Notes under the pieces: generated by a model
What the model saw: the letters and a program-made list of their open reading frames with translations, nothing else
Told to the model about the DNA's origin: nothing
The model's database searches: none
Origin: Klebsormidium nitens
Taxonomy: Eukaryota > Plantae > Klebsormidiophyceae
Length of the DNA stretch: 64,000 nucleotides
Direction of reading: 5' to 3'
NCBI GenBank assembly: GCA_000708835.1
Contig: DF237442.1
Span: 2,177 to 66,176 of the forward strand
Part shown: piece after piece, positions 33,818 to 59,629 of the stretch
Position numbering within the stretch: position 1 is the stretch's first letter
Layout: every line of letters begins with the position of its first letter
Position numbers and translations under genes: made by a program

Positions 33818-36800
33818 CCCGTGATCCAGTACAAATCCCGCTTCTCCGCTACCGGTCGCTTTGCTTTCTTTGAAGGCGCCAGTACGGTGGCTTTTTCGAA
33901 GCGCGCGCTCAACTCGGCTTCCACCTGGCGAGTGACGACACCGATTGCAGGCGGCAGCTTCTCGAGTTGGCCATGAGGCTTGTCGACAGGAGACACACCG
34001 GCAAGCTGCACGCAAAACGAACACCGAAGTCATGACTTGAGAATCATCAGAACCGAGAGACTTTTCCTGGCGTCCACTGTTCTGGATTTGACTTCGATGT
34101 GTTGTGAGGATACGGAGGGAGATGCAAACGAGTGAAGGGCTCCAGCAAGAATTGCACGTTACTCTGCTGCTTTTCCTGCTCGCGTGCCAAAGTGCAAGTG
34201 TAAAATTCCCAACGACGGTTCCGATTATGAAACCTTCGTCGAATTCTGAGCAGTCTTCACTCCGTGGAAAAGAAAACACGTAAAGCGGCCAGAATACACA
34301 TTTAAGTCGGCAGCCTGATCAGGCGGGCGTCCTTCTAAGCAGACCTGCAACTCGACAAACCACGCAGAGTGCTACAAGTTTCGACACCCGTCCGATTGCA
34401 TCCTTCGCAGATTTTCCAGCTCGTGCGACTTGCCTGTGTCAGAAGCAGCCTCTGACGGAGGGCCGCTGCAAAGGTCTGAAAGCGCCGCTGGCCCGAGCCT
34501 CTTCTAGTAAGGAAGCCAGTTTGCGGAATGTAGCTCAATCGTTCCGTTCCGCTGCAAGCACCCACACGTTGTCAAACGACATTCGCCGCTTTTGCTTGAA
34601 AATGAGACCATTTGGCAGAGCTTGACGGCGGACGCTTGTGGTTCCAAATGAGGAACTAAGACCAGAGGCTCGATTCTTCCCTTGGGGAAGAACCATGAGC
34701 GGACTCGAATCCTTTGTGAATTTAAGAAAAGGCAAGGAATGAGGAGATCGATAGCGTACCTTTCCGCACCCGTGTTACTGGGCCCGTTGCCATTGCGCAT
34801 GTCGTCCAACACGTCATCCAAGTGATCAAGAGTGCCACTCTGCGAACAGGAAGAACGACTTAGCTGTCGCATCAAGTGTAAGAGGAATCTGCGTACCCAT
34901 GGGTACCCATGAACTGGCTTTGATCAGAATCGCGTGGATTTGAAGTAGAAACATGGCATACCACTCAATAGGAGAAGAGATGTACATGCTTTGTACAGGA
35001 ACCGGCATTGAGAGGCTAGAGCTTTGAGTAAGCTCGTTCGATGCCACCCAAGACGACTCTAAAAGTGAGTACGTGCACAAAGACATCTACAGGAAGCAGA
35101 TTCTGCGAGGCTTCCTCTCGCCAGGTTTTTCTACGGCTTGGGAACCTCATGATACTGGTAAGATCCTAGTAACAAGGATCCCTGACATGCAAATAATTCA
35201 GCATGTCGGAGTTTGAACAAGAAAGCGAAGGAGCTTGGAGATTGCTTGAAGTGAACGAACCTGAGAGAGAGCCAGCAACTGGCTCACTGCAGCGTCCAGC
35301 TCGGGAGATTCAGCTAACCTGAGGGGGAGAAAACTGTCATTATGTTAGGTTTTTAAGCTCGGACATGGGCTTGACACACGCTTCCTTCCCAATCTCCGCA
35401 GACAGCTCTAACAAAACTCCTGAGGGTTTGGTTACAAGCAGCGCTGTTGGTTTGCTTCAACTTTTGCGGAGATCGAGGTTGAGTGGTCGGGTGGGGAAGG
35501 GACGGTTGCGGGCCCAGGAACAAGAAATCGAAGTTGTGAAGACTTTGGAAAACAAGGGCAGTACCTAGAAGCACGCTGCCCCAAGGCACCTACATCCCGT
35601 GTATGGGTAATCCCTCTCTTTGGGATGGGCCACGGCCCTAGACTCGAAACATCGTGGATTGCTTTAGATACAAGGGGACGCTTGAATTGGTAATAAGCAA
35701 CTCACTGCTCTGCGCGCACACTACTCGACTCTGGCTGCAGTAGCAGACACAGCAGACTGGGCTCCAAGCCTACCACCAGCAACGCTCGCTTCCCCATCGC
35801 GTTCCCTTTTCCTAACGTGTCAGCACCTTCCCCAAAGCTTCTGGTCGAAAGAGCGTCTTCGTCAGGTCCCACATACACGTCGTGGAATGAAATATGCTGC
35901 CCTTGACCTGCGGAGAAGTATTGCCACGTTGTGGAATCAAAGGGCCAACGTCGAACCTGAAACTGGTGGCCCTTTGCAAGCTGATTGTTGAGCTTTGAGT
36001 ACTCCCACTCGAAGTGGATCCAGTATGAATCAGAATATGCTGGGTTTGTTTGAAGACTAAGCTGAGCTGTTGGCCAGGCGGAGTAGAGTCCACAGGCTAG
36101 TCCCCACTGAATTTTGAGTTAGGAGGCAGATATGGGGGTAAACGTAACGCCCGCACAGTGGTCTCATGTCAAAACTTTTCATCTCATGCAGCGGAGATTC
36201 AGTATCTATATGCAGACACGAGACATGCCCGAACCACATTCCCCATTGTTCAAATGTAGTTCAGCACCGAGTCATGTTACTTGTTCTATCAAGTCCTTAG
36301 GTCCTCACCTTTACTCCGACACAGCAAGCCTTCCCGTTGGCAAAGCTCCGAACAGCTCGCCGTGTCCTCAGGGGCCATGTCAGTGTAAACAACCAGCCCT
36401 CGGTGGATCAAGCACGCCTCCCGATAGTCCAACCAGCCAACTTTCCTCAGGCACCGCTCATGTAGGGTGCCCCCCGCTGTCTCTGCCTTGCTCACCGCCT
36501 CAACTAGTTTGGCATGAATCTCTGAGCTGACCTCAAAGAAAGGAACAGCGCCGGGCAACGAGAGCATGAGCTGCGGGGATTCATGTTCCCCTCCAGGATT
36601 GTGCAAGCGATCGAACCAGCTTTGGAGAAGGGGTGTGAGCTTTGCAGTGACGTCTGTGGTGAAACATTTGCTGTCGTGCTCCATCCAGCGTGCTGTGGGA
36701 CCGAGGATGAAGCGAAGGCTGGACTGGAGACTCTGAGCTAGGCTTAGAGCTGCGGCATCGAGCAGAAAGCTAGGCAGAAGGACAACCATGACGATCCTTC

Positions 36801-37074
36801 CTAACTGCGCATACGCCGCTTTGATACCGCCCTCAGTCACCTGGGCAGGCTTCGCTTGGGACTGGTTGTACGTTTGTTTCGAGGAAAGAGAGGCAATCCG
36901 AACATTTGCCCCGGCGAGCGTCTTGGTCAGTGCTGCAAGAGCGAGAAACAAGCCTTTCAACCGTGCGGCGCGCTGCAGATCGCCTGCGGTGTCTGGGAAG
37001 CAATGCAGAAGGGGGTCCTCGTCTTCCTCCACCTGGGCTCTCAAAAGGAGGACGCCACCCAAGGCGGACGCCAT
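33818..37074 (-). CDS. INTU: Inturned (INTU)-like tri-longin protein of the CCZ1/INTU/HPS4 family; 3' exon structure uncertain, may extend to ~33300 or beyond
   Basis: Exon 37074-36309 encodes LKGLFLALAALTKTLAG..IASL, SLRFILG, LPGAVPFFEVSSEIHAKLVEAVSKAETA and CLIHRGLVVYTDM, collinear with INTU longin 1 and 2 as recalled. A downstream exon ends in LYWITG, resembling INTU YWVVGR. Confidence 0.62.
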
Positions 37075-37130
37075 GGCAGGCTCGCTTCTCCTGCGCGGGG
37101 GGACTGACGTCTAGCTTCACCCCTTGATTT

Positions 37131-37160
37131 TAGGGTTTGGGCTGACCAAAATTAGGGTTT
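37131..37160. promoter_or_regulatory. Two telo-boxes (TAGGGTTT) in the INTU-like/KAP divergent intergenic region
   Basis: TAGGGTTT at 37131-37138 and 37153-37160. Confidence 0.5.
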
Positions 37161-37619
37161 GCGGCAAGGATGATTAGGGTGCTGCGACAAGCATCATGAA
37201 TCGACTAAGCCTGCCTTATTCTTGCAAACGCAAGCAGAGCGGAGCTGTGCATCTTAGATGCTGACATGCTGAAGGGCAAGCGACTCTGAGCTGGTTGAGC
37301 TGCTTCTTGAGCTGAATGACCTCTGAAAGCCCTTAGTACTCATTAAAGAAAATTGCTTGTGATCACTCAGCTAGCGGGCCCCTCCCCTCAGTGCTTATGA
37401 CGTTTTCAAAACCTTTGCATCAAAGATCAGAATCAATGCAGTGAGCGGGCACCAGCGCAGCCTGCAATTTTAGAGTCAGGATAGCTTTGCTGCGAAAAAT
37501 GTTGAGGACCTTATAATCTATCAGCAGTGAGAAAGACTTCCAGGCAGGCATCAGGTAGAGTGGCATGAGGTGACCGCATCGTGCAGCTGCATTGGCCCTC
37601 GCGATTGCAGAACATCCTC

Positions 37620-49790
<12,171 letters not shown>

Positions 49791-50951
49791 CCACGTTAAG
49801 TACGTCGAAAACCCCTGCTTTAGAAACGAATTGGGTAATTTCTGGACTTGGACCATAGGCGCGCTTCCAGAGTGCTGTGTTGTTCGATTCATGCATCAGT
49901 ACTTCAAAGATTTGCGTGCTATCACAGGGCTGCTTATCTGTCCTGTCATATTGATGTGTCGTCCTGTCAGGGCGCGCATTCTCCGTTCTATGAACTTCAA
50001 TCTACATATCGTCCCGTTTGATCGATCCTTAACTTCAACTCCCAGCGCTGATGATCGAATGGCAGAAACGGATCAATGATGCACAGGCACATCGCAGAAT
50101 ATTTGCCGGCCATAATTGCGCTCTGTAGAGGATCGTATCCTTGAAGTTTGTATGCGCACTGATGCTTTTCCAATAGCGGCGCCCTAGCTTGTACTGAGAA
50201 GATCAAATTTGCAAACGTGCAGCATAAGTGTGGCGACTTTCAAGTGCTGCCACAACAATTAATCAACTTTAACAGGTCGCGATGCACTGGCTGGCCTAGA
50301 GCTAGCCTGGGCATGCATGCAATTTCTCAGGCCCGTCGCGGCGGCCCGGCTGCCACCCAATCCAATTGCAACTTAGGTACAGTTAACATGCCGATTATGC
50401 ACATGCTGGAGCAGCTAGTAGTCAGTGATGGCGGCACATGCGCTAGCTTCATTGGACAACTGTCGGTTCAAGTGGCGGAGCTGATATGTACCGCTTCAAA
50501 CTCTAATTATGCAGCGATTTCCATATATGACATGCATCCAGGCGCTGGCATGTGTTGCGTAGTACAATGTATTCTATGCACTGAATGAGTCATGCATGTC
50601 TGAGCCCGAAGCACGTTCACTATAATCATGGCAACTACGGGCCGCTGGCACTATTCCGCACTCTTAGGATTGAAGTCGACCGGCCAAGGTGCACATTCTG
50701 ATACCGTCCCCATGATGATTCTCGAATGAAGAGAGATGAACGAATATGCCGTCACGCAGAGCCTGATCCAATATCTTTCAGGCTGCACTCTTATTTTGAA
50801 AGCGCTGTATCGGGTCGTCAAAGCAAATATGAACCTAGCTAGATACAGACTCAACGACAACTATTTACCCTGGGCTTCTACAGGACAACAACTATGGTAC
50901 TAAGCAAAATTTTACATGATGACCCCATTTATTAGCATCAGAGGAATGAAC

Positions 50952-52166
50952 TCAACTCTGAAACCACCAATTATCATGGTCTAGGCAGTTGAACTCTTCA
51001 GGAACTATTCTATCTTCGTTGTGGTCTTCTGTTCGATTATAAGAATGGAAGCCCCCAGTGATTCTTTCCTTTCGAGCTTTCAAATAACTTATCTCCTCTA
51101 TCGTATAGTTCTGCTTCCGCCGGGATACCCCGTCTTCTGTCATAGAAATGAAGTCAAGTGGCATCCACCCAGCAACCCAACCGTACTGATGCCACGCGCG
51201 CGTCATAAAATCGTGATCATCATCCCCGAGATAGAAGTTAACCTCGTCAAAATATCCAAGCGCCCTCGTCTTGTCAGCAACTAAAAGCAATGGCCCGCGG
51301 TTGACGGTATCCCTGACATGGAAAGTGCACATGGTCTCTTTACTTGCGTTCAAAGGGCGATCAAGCTCAGTACCTTCGCAGCGGCCCACCTTCTCCGGCA
51401 GCGTGCTTTCCTGAATGCTGTACGCCATGTGGGCGCACCGTCCGCTGACGGCGACCACATCAGAATACAAGTGTGCCGGAACAGCAAGAATAGAATTCCA
51501 ACCGCGGGTGATCATCTGCATATCGTCTTGTACCAGCACAAGGAGCGTTGCACTTGGGTGGCTCGCCCTCATGCCAATATTGTTGGCACTTGTCTCCCAT
51601 ACCGGAGTTGGCTGTTCGATCAGCAATACATGTGTCAAGGAGTCAGGGTGCCTGGCATTCTGCAGAAGAGCCAAGGCCAGATCTTGAGAGTTATCCGTGC
51701 AGAAGTCAAAGACAATGATGAGTTCCCATAACCCCGTCGTGTAATCCAGGAGTGCTTGCAGGTTCTTCTGCAGGAGTCTGCTCTGATTATGTACTGTTAG
51801 AATGACGCTGAACAAAGGCTCCTGAACGGACAGCCAATAATCCAAAAGGATGCACGGAGGCTGTTGCAGCCCCTCGATATACCCGGGTTGGTTCACCAGA
51901 TCTTGTAGAGGGGCCAGAAACCCGCACCCTTCCTCCGGTTGCTTCTCACACTGGCACTGGGGATACTTCCCAGGAGATCTGTGGCTTGCCGGGCCTTGGA
52001 TAACGCCAATGGGGCTCAAAATAGTCAACTCAGCATTGTGTGGAGAATGCAGGGAATCAACTAGGGATCGCGCCGGGTGGTACAGCAAAAGTGTGCCGAA
52101 CAGCAACACAGCTAGCCTGAGACACTGGATGGTAGTGGGGCCAGTAACCCCGACACTACTACCCAT
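50952..52166 (-). CDS. Glycosyltransferase family 2 (GT-A fold), type II membrane protein, single exon, 404 aa
   Basis: N-terminal TM segment LAVLLFGTLLLY; PLFSVILTVHNQ..LQALL..ELIIVFDFCTDNS; NNIGMRAS; LVLVQDDM; GYFDE. Confidence 0.85.
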   Translation of the reverse strand: MGSSVGVTGPTTIQCLRLAVLLFGTLLLYHPARSLVDSLHSPHNAELTILSPIGVIQGPASHRSPGKYPQCQCEKQPEEGCGFLAPLQDLVNQPGYIEGLQQPPCILLDYWLSVQEPLFSVILTVHNQSRLLQKNLQALLDYTTGLWELIIVFDFCTDNSQDLALALLQNARHPDSLTHVLLIEQPTPVWETSANNIGMRASHPSATLLVLVQDDMQMITRGWNSILAVPAHLYSDVVAVSGRCAHMAYSIQESTLPEKVGRCEGTELDRPLNASKETMCTFHVRDTVNRGPLLLVADKTRALGYFDEVNFYLGDDDHDFMTRAWHQYGWVAGWMPLDFISMTEDGVSRRKQNYTIEEISYLKARKERITGGFHSYNRTEDHNEDRIVPEEFNCLDHDNWWFQS

Positions 52167-55100
52167 TGTAACCGGCCACCTTGGCTACAACCCCACAGTC
52201 CCTCAGCCAACACTCAGAATACATGGGACATGTGTGTTGGAGACAATAATAGCGTGTGATGGGGCTGAACCACACGCCACGTGCACCTCGGACCGGCAAG
52301 TCCTCCCTGCCCACTGCTGCTTTCACTGTTCAGCCACCATCTATACGGCAGCTTGGCCCCTTCATGGCCCCCACGTGCAGGGCGCCTTCGCAACTGGGAA
52401 GACCTCAGACACAACTTTGACAAGCTCCGAGTCCTAGCTAGCTGCATCATGCATGGCATTGAACTTGCATTGAATCTTGACAAAGGCTAAACCCTCCCGG
52501 CACGTGTAGGCTCGCGTAGGGTCGAGTCGCGGCCGCCGGCCGGCATTGTCATGCGCGTGCGGCGCGAGAAATCCCGGCCGGGCGCTCAGGCGGCAATTTC
52601 TGCTGTCTCTAGCTACCTACTCATATCCTTTAGATACCTAGCTGGAAACTCAATTTTTTTTGCAAGGCCAAAAGAAAACGCTGGCCTAGCTTTGGAAGTT
52701 GCAACTGTGGGCCCAAGTGGTGATTTCTACAGCAGTTGCAAAGGGTCTGATGGCGGGGAAGGAGTCGGCAGTGTCCCGGTTTTTCTCTACCCATGTGAAG
52801 GACGAGAGCGGCCGGGCCGCAACCCTGGTGAGCCACAAAATGCGTCATGGGGCCACAGGGGGCTTCTCTTATTGGAGTTTGCAGCAGTGCTGCTCGATCC
52901 ATTGTTCCTCCTCAAGTGCTTCAATATTGGTTCCGACCTGGCCACTGCTCTACTTTGCGGGTTTGACATTCAAGATACAATACAGCGCCTTGACAGTGCG
53001 TTCGCTGAGTGGCACTTAGAGAGCAGAGCATGCATGTATGTTGTTAGCAAAACATTGCTTCGAACCACCCCGGTTGGATCTGTGTTGGTCTGAAATGGTG
53101 CCTTCTAATGGGTGGTTCAATGGGAATCTGTCGTGAGGTTCATTGGGTAGTGGTCAGCACCACCATCATCATAGTTGCTGGAGAAACCAGTTCGATTCCC
53201 GTCAATCAACTCGAGGCCTGATGAATTAACGGCCTACCCAAGAAATCTGGGGCCTACCCGAGATCTTACCAGAATCTGGGCTGTTTGGTCTTATTGCTGT
53301 CATCTTAATTTTGTATATCACTTGAGAGATCCTGCAACCATTCATCCTGAAGTGGCCCCCGAGTCTACATCTAAAAACCAGACCCCACGCAAAGTTTACA
53401 CTTTGCATGTTTGAAGCTTTCGACGAGGTTAGTGCCACAGGTCTCTTACAAGCAGGCAAGCTGCAAAGCCCCCTGAAGGTGGACTGGTGCTTTCATTTTC
53501 ACCATTCTTTTCTATCACGAACTTAAATTCTACACGATAGTTCAGCCTTGGACAGTTTCTAACATCTGGTCTTGTTGGCAGCGGCTTCTACGAGCCGCAG
53601 GTCTTTTTGCTGGGGCTATCTGGGTGATGCGGAACTATGGGGAGTCGATGGAGATCTAAGTGACCTCAGGTTATGACATTGGAAGCCATCAACAATCATG
53701 TTACCGGTGTCCATGAGGAATCACTTGACAATATTGTCCCTGATCTGACTCCGGCGCTTCTTTGCTTTCTGTGCTTGGGTTGTAGGTAGCAATGATAACA
53801 GACATTCGAGAGTGCAAGTCAATTGCCCAACCTTATGAGCATACAGGTCGGGACAGGTCATAAGCACCTAGTAGGTATGCTTCACAATCAATGTTGATGC
53901 GGCGGCATGGTAATGTAAGCACAGTTGTTGTTCTTGCATCAGCATGTTGTGCCTCCGTGTGTTCACGCATATGGTATGATGCCTCCAAAAGGCTACGTGT
54001 GCTTGGGAGGCACTAGGCTTATAGAAGGTAGACCGTAACTGGACTAAACTTGAAAGGTAAAATCCAGTGAAAGCTAATCATGATATGGTCATATCTTGTC
54101 TAGCTAAGCCCGGCCCCAAGCTATGTTACTTTCAGAATCATCCTAAGTTGGCTAGTCTCACATGATCGGATCGTTCTGGCGAGGCCCCGCGGCATGCACG
54201 AGAGGTCAAGTCTGGCAGCTGCCGTGCCGCGCGGCCAGTTTAAGCTGCAAGTGGCCATGTGCTGTGTCAACGTGCAAGCTAGTGTTACCGTACATGTCAA
54301 ATGAGTCTGCAACCGTGAACGTGCTCAACATGAGTCAATCACGGTCACAAAGTAAACTGCGCATATATCACTGAGTCAGCCGTCGGCCAGAACAAACAAT
54401 GCATGGTCTACTAGTCTGCAGGCAGCGTTTGTGGGTATAAGATGGAAGCTCACAGCAAGCTCGGCCCACGCAGCTGCAGCATTTGCCAAGAGGACGTCAT
54501 TCGAACCTTGATAAGTGATCGGACATATGCGCCGATACCCTTTTCTGTCACTGTTTTGCACTGTCATCAAACACATGCTGTCAAAGACGGCATTTTGACA
54601 GACGTTTAAAACTCAACTGGACTTTGAGCGGTGAAGAGGTCGGCGGCACTAGCTTTGTGAAGGATTTGCCTTTGATAATAACTGGCAGCCCTGTCTAGTG
54701 TCGCTTGAGTTCCTTCGGTAAGCAAGTTCCCCTATATGCCTTACCACAAGTCCCACACCAGATATCTGCTCTATGCCCTTGAACCCGCAAATTCTTTCAC
54801 GTTTCGGACCCCTTAAGACTCCTCGACTGAAGAGTATCAGCTTCTATCGGGTCCTTAAAAGCATGCTCAGCGATAGCCACACTCTTGCTTCACTTCAAAA
54901 CAAATAGACCTGAAATCCCCCTCTCATCTCGCACTTGCTCTCTACTCTTCATGACAACATCCTTCCCAGCCTTCGCGCATGAACTTGCACGACTTTCTTC
55001 TCCGAGACTGTGTGAATTACTCCTCCAGAGGCGCTTCTCGACTTTCCACTGCAGTCTTGTCAACTTCGACTTCAAACCCTTCCTTTTCATGCCACTTTCA

Positions 55101-55885
55101 GATACTGCCATCGCTCAAACCCCTCATCATCCAAAACCATCTTCTAAAGCACCGCATCCACTGCAGCACGTCCCATTTCCATCCAAACAGGTACATTCTG
55201 CACCTCTGGATCTCCGGCCCCCCCTGGTGCACCCGGGCAGTGTTGACCGCCCAAGTGGTGATGGTCGTCACCTAAGACCAGTCCGTCCGCTTCCGATTTT
55301 GAGTTGCACTCCACTGTCAGGTCCGTACCCTCACGGACCTTCTCCTGACACCATAAGAGCACAAACCCCCTCCCGACACTCAATCGGCACAGTTGCTAAC
55401 ATTGTTCACAAATCCCTCCCGTTCATTCGAGCTGCTGCTTCTAAGCCGCCTCCCTCTGCTCCTCTCCAGGGCGGCCGAGCGCATGCCTCACTCCGAGTCA
55501 CCCCCAAGGCCCCTCACTCGCCTACAGTAGCTAGCTTTCTGCCCGCTGCGCGGCGGGCGGGGACAGCATTCAGCCCATCCGTGCGCACGCGCTGACTCGC
55601 TGCGAGCTCAGGCCTCCCGTCCGCAGCAGCGCCCTGCTGCCTCGCCTCTCTTGCCGGCAACCACTCCAGCTTTTCGCTGCTAGGTTGTCCGGCGTCTTGC
55701 ACGAAGCGGACCCCGCACCGCCCCTCTTTCGGACAGACACCGCTACTATCTCTGTACACTACCTGCAGGCGTCCGATACCTGTTACCTGTGCACCTGTTC
55801 CTACTCTAACCACCAACAATCTGCCGCAAGCCCGTGAAAGACCACCACCTCGCCCTCCCCCGTCCGCAGTCCGCTGCCCGCGGAC

Positions 55886-58800
55886 TTATCGACAGTAGAT
55901 TGCCCGGTCGATCTGAGGAGGAATGGGCTTGATCTCTGTGCCCAACTCCTGCTCAATGCGATACCTGCATACAGGAGCAAGCAATCCAGCCATCAAAACC
56001 GGATACACGACACGTTGCACCTGACACCTATGCTCAGCTCGAGCGGCATGCTCTGAACCATATAATTGCCCCTCCTTTCAATCGGTCAAACTTACACGTT
56101 CCCACCAGCTGTGCCAGACGCTGCCAACTTGAAAGGTCTCATCACCTCCCAACATGGAAAGTCAGCAACTCACTCCCTCAAGATCAAACTTCTACGCGTG
56201 TTCTGTAGACCTTGGCAGTGGCACGGCTTTGTCAGTTCAAAAAAGCCTGAGGCGTTGGGTGTCCATCCAGCAAGCCTAAAATACTTCGTGCTCTAGGAGG
56301 GCAGATTGGGTGAGACGACAGATGCGCTGCCACGCTCAAAGGAAAGTCAGAAAGTATCGTGGACAAACGGGCCGAAAAACTCACAAGTTGAAACGATCCT
56401 CATACGTAATCAGGTTCACTGCCAGGCCTAGGTGACCGAATCTTCCTGACCGGCCCACCTGCAAAACGGAAACAAGTGTCCAGCCATCAGCAACGCTTGA
56501 CATTCTCTACCACCACAGCAGAAGGTGACTGTTGAGGAAGGAACGGAATCAGGTGCAAGCCAAACTTTCCCATGATCGCATGGGGCCTTCTGCTACTGGC
56601 GCAAAGGCAATCCCTGAGAGGCCCTGCATGTTCACGGCAAACTTTGACATGCTTGATGCCCTCTACTTAGGGCAAGAGGAGGTCCGATATGAGTATCCAT
56701 CCTTACCCTGTGGAGATACGTCTCAGAGTTCTTGGGGAAGTCGAAGTTGATGACCACATTGACAGCTTGGATGTCGATACCCCTGGTGAAGAGGTCTGCA
56801 CGTGCAGGGTGACTGCTCATCAGAGGTGGCAAGGCAAAGCAAGAGGAGTGCCGGACAAGGGTTTACGGAACTTTGCCCATCGTCTGTCTCAGGGAAGATC
56901 CAGGTGCAAGCTCCTGGATGTGAAGAACAAAAAGCGCCACCTGCTGAAAGATGCACCTACATGTGCTTTCCTGAGAATACACATACAAGGACACGCAAGC
57001 ATACTCTATACGATCCAAGGGGTGAATTTACTGTCGCCGGCTGTAGCGAAGCCTCGTCCCCGACAAAGAATAAGGCCGAATTCTGTTGCAGGCAGCGTTA
57101 AGGTTTACCTGACGACACGAGGTTCCGGCAGGCTCCGTTCCGGAAATCATGGAAGACACGGTTGCGATGAGACTGCAGCATCTTGGCGTGGATGTAGAAG
57201 CACGAGTAACCCAGCTCGGTAATCTTCTTCGCAAGGAGCTCCACCCGGTTGACAGAGTTGCAGAAGATGATTGACTGGTTGATTTGCAACTGCACCGAGG
57301 CAACATGACACGCAGTCAGCCAGAAGGTCAAACATAGGAGCTCAGCTACTCACAAGATCTTAGCCTTCACGTATGCCCTGTGGACGCAGCCATGTAAGAA
57401 AAGTGCAGACTCCTACAAGGTGCATCCTTAGATTAATCAAGAAACATCATGGCATATGTTTGAAACTTCCGCTGTTAGAACGCAGCAAATGCAGCTTGAC
57501 AGGAGAACCACACGCAGTATAGCCAAGCTGAGCAGTCTCGCTTACCTTTGAGAAGAGCGTATTGAGGCAGTGCACCTTCTGCCTCTCCTCCACAAAAGCA
57601 TAGTACTGAGTGATACCCTTGAGCGTGAGCTCGTCCATCAGGTTGATGACGTACGGCTTCCTCAGGAACTTGTCTTTGAAGGACTTGACGGTCACGGGGA
57701 AGGTCGCAGAGTACAGCAGAATCTGGCGCTGCTCCGGCGTGTACCCAATGAGCTGCTCACACAGGGGCTGGAACTCCGGGGACAGCAACTTGTCCGCCTG
57801 CAGCAATATATACGGTTTGAGACTCTGCATGTGCAACCAATGTAAGCATCCCTATCCGAATGCCTAACTGCAGGAGCTTGATCAGCGCAGGTCTAGAGGG
57901 CGCAATTCGCAGGACTGATGTCACAGGACTGAAATCCAAGTCAGCGAGCATCTTAAGCAGGACGCAACTTCTCCAGCAATGCTGAAGACAGTTGTGGTTC
58001 ACGGAGCATCCAGTGATGATGCCTTACCTCGTCCATGACTAGCATCGTGCAGTTGTTCAGCTTGCACACCCCCTTATTTGTAAGGTCGAGGATACGACCA
58101 GGAGTCCCTACCAACACGTGGACTGGATTGTAGAGACGCATGATGTCGTCCTTCAGGCTAGTCCCTCCAGTTGTCACCATGATTTGGATGCCCATATGCT
58201 TCGAGAGCTCCTTGCAAACTTGAGAAGTCTGCAAAGCTAGCTCGCGAGTCGGCACCAGCAGCAGAACTGCAGAAGCAATAGAGTGTATGACAAAAGTTGA
58301 CGACCAATAGACAGCGTGTAACAATGGGGTGACCTGACTGGCTCTTTGCTTGAGAAAGTACAGCAGGATACCTGCTTCTGCCATTTTCTGTTCAAGTAAG
58401 CAATGCAACTCTTTTGCAGTGCTTAGGCTGAGCTCGTCGATATAGCAGCAATTGAAGCACACTTGGTAAAACTGGCTCCCAATAGACTGAACCCTGTGAA
58501 GCAGACCGCATGAATCAAAGGCACTTGCTCTTTGCGATCATAGTGCAGATGCTTGACCCCGTTAACTGCTTGAAGCCTGCATAACAGAGCATCATGAAAA
58601 ACAATTCACATCTATGTAAGCAAAAAGGACGACACAACACTTGCCTTGAATGGCATTCTTGCTCGTATCCACTTTCTCAAGAGCGGGGATGCAGAAGGCG
58701 GCTGTCTTTCCCGTGCCATTCTTGGCTCTAGCAAGAATATCGCGGCCTGTAAGCGCGATTGGAATGCTCTCTTCTTGGATGGGTGAAGGTCTCTCGAAGC

Positions 58801-59629
58801 CTTTCTCATAGATTCCCATCAGCAGCTCTCTCTTCAGGAAATAGTCTTCAAACTCGTTCCCTTTGGTATTGGTGACATCCTGCAAACGGAATTTCAGCTG
58901 TATGAGGAAATCCCCATTGACGACAGAACCGTATGCAGATAAAGCAAACAATGCCACATCTAGGCGAACACAGATGTCCTCTTCATTTGCAGAAGCTTTC
59001 CCCATGAATGCATAATCCTAAGGCTCCAAGCTGTGAGCATGGATGTGTTTTAGAAGCCTGTGCATTCATCAGTCAGACATGCAACTAAATTGCTGGGAGC
59101 CTTTACCTCTGTTCTGAAGCGGGTATCTGCAGGGGGGAGCTTCAGTTGCTGCTTCCAGTCTTGAGCCCTGTTGCAAACATCAATGCAAACTATGAGTTAC
59201 AACAAGAGCGAGACCTGGCAAACCAATTGGTGGGATACAATGTTCACAGCAAGAAGCACATAAAACATTTTGCCATGTGGGGACACGTCTCCCTGAGTTG
59301 ATCATTGCATAGGTTTGTGTCATCCAATGCATCGCCATTGTTCAGACAATGGCTGGGCTCAATGCCTTCCCTGCCAATCCTTACCCATTGCTCCCTGCAG
59401 CGGCCTGTACTTGCATTTGTCCCTGTGCTTGAGGAGGTGGCTGGGGAGGGGGTGCAGCTCCCTGTATCTGTGCCGGCTGCACAGCTTGAGGAGCACCAGC
59501 GGGCGGTGCTGTGCCCCTAACTACGTTACCTGGTTGCCTTGGGCCCCAGGCCGGCAACTGTGGTCTGACTGCGGCAGGACCCCCTTGACCCCCAGGGCCA
59601 CGAGGAGGACCCCGATTGTTTGTTGCCAT
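55886..59629 (-). CDS. DDX6: DEAD-box RNA helicase DDX6/Dhh1 (RH6/8/12-like), about 9 exons
   Basis: [53 protein letters not shown]|AD, YSATFP, HR|[11 protein letters not shown] and [15 protein letters not shown], all joined by in-phase introns. Confidence 0.97.

Noticed and set aside
52551-53093. 180-aa ORF (and 54885-55595)
   Set aside because: No recognisable motifs or coding-like codon bias; probably promoter or UTR sequence.
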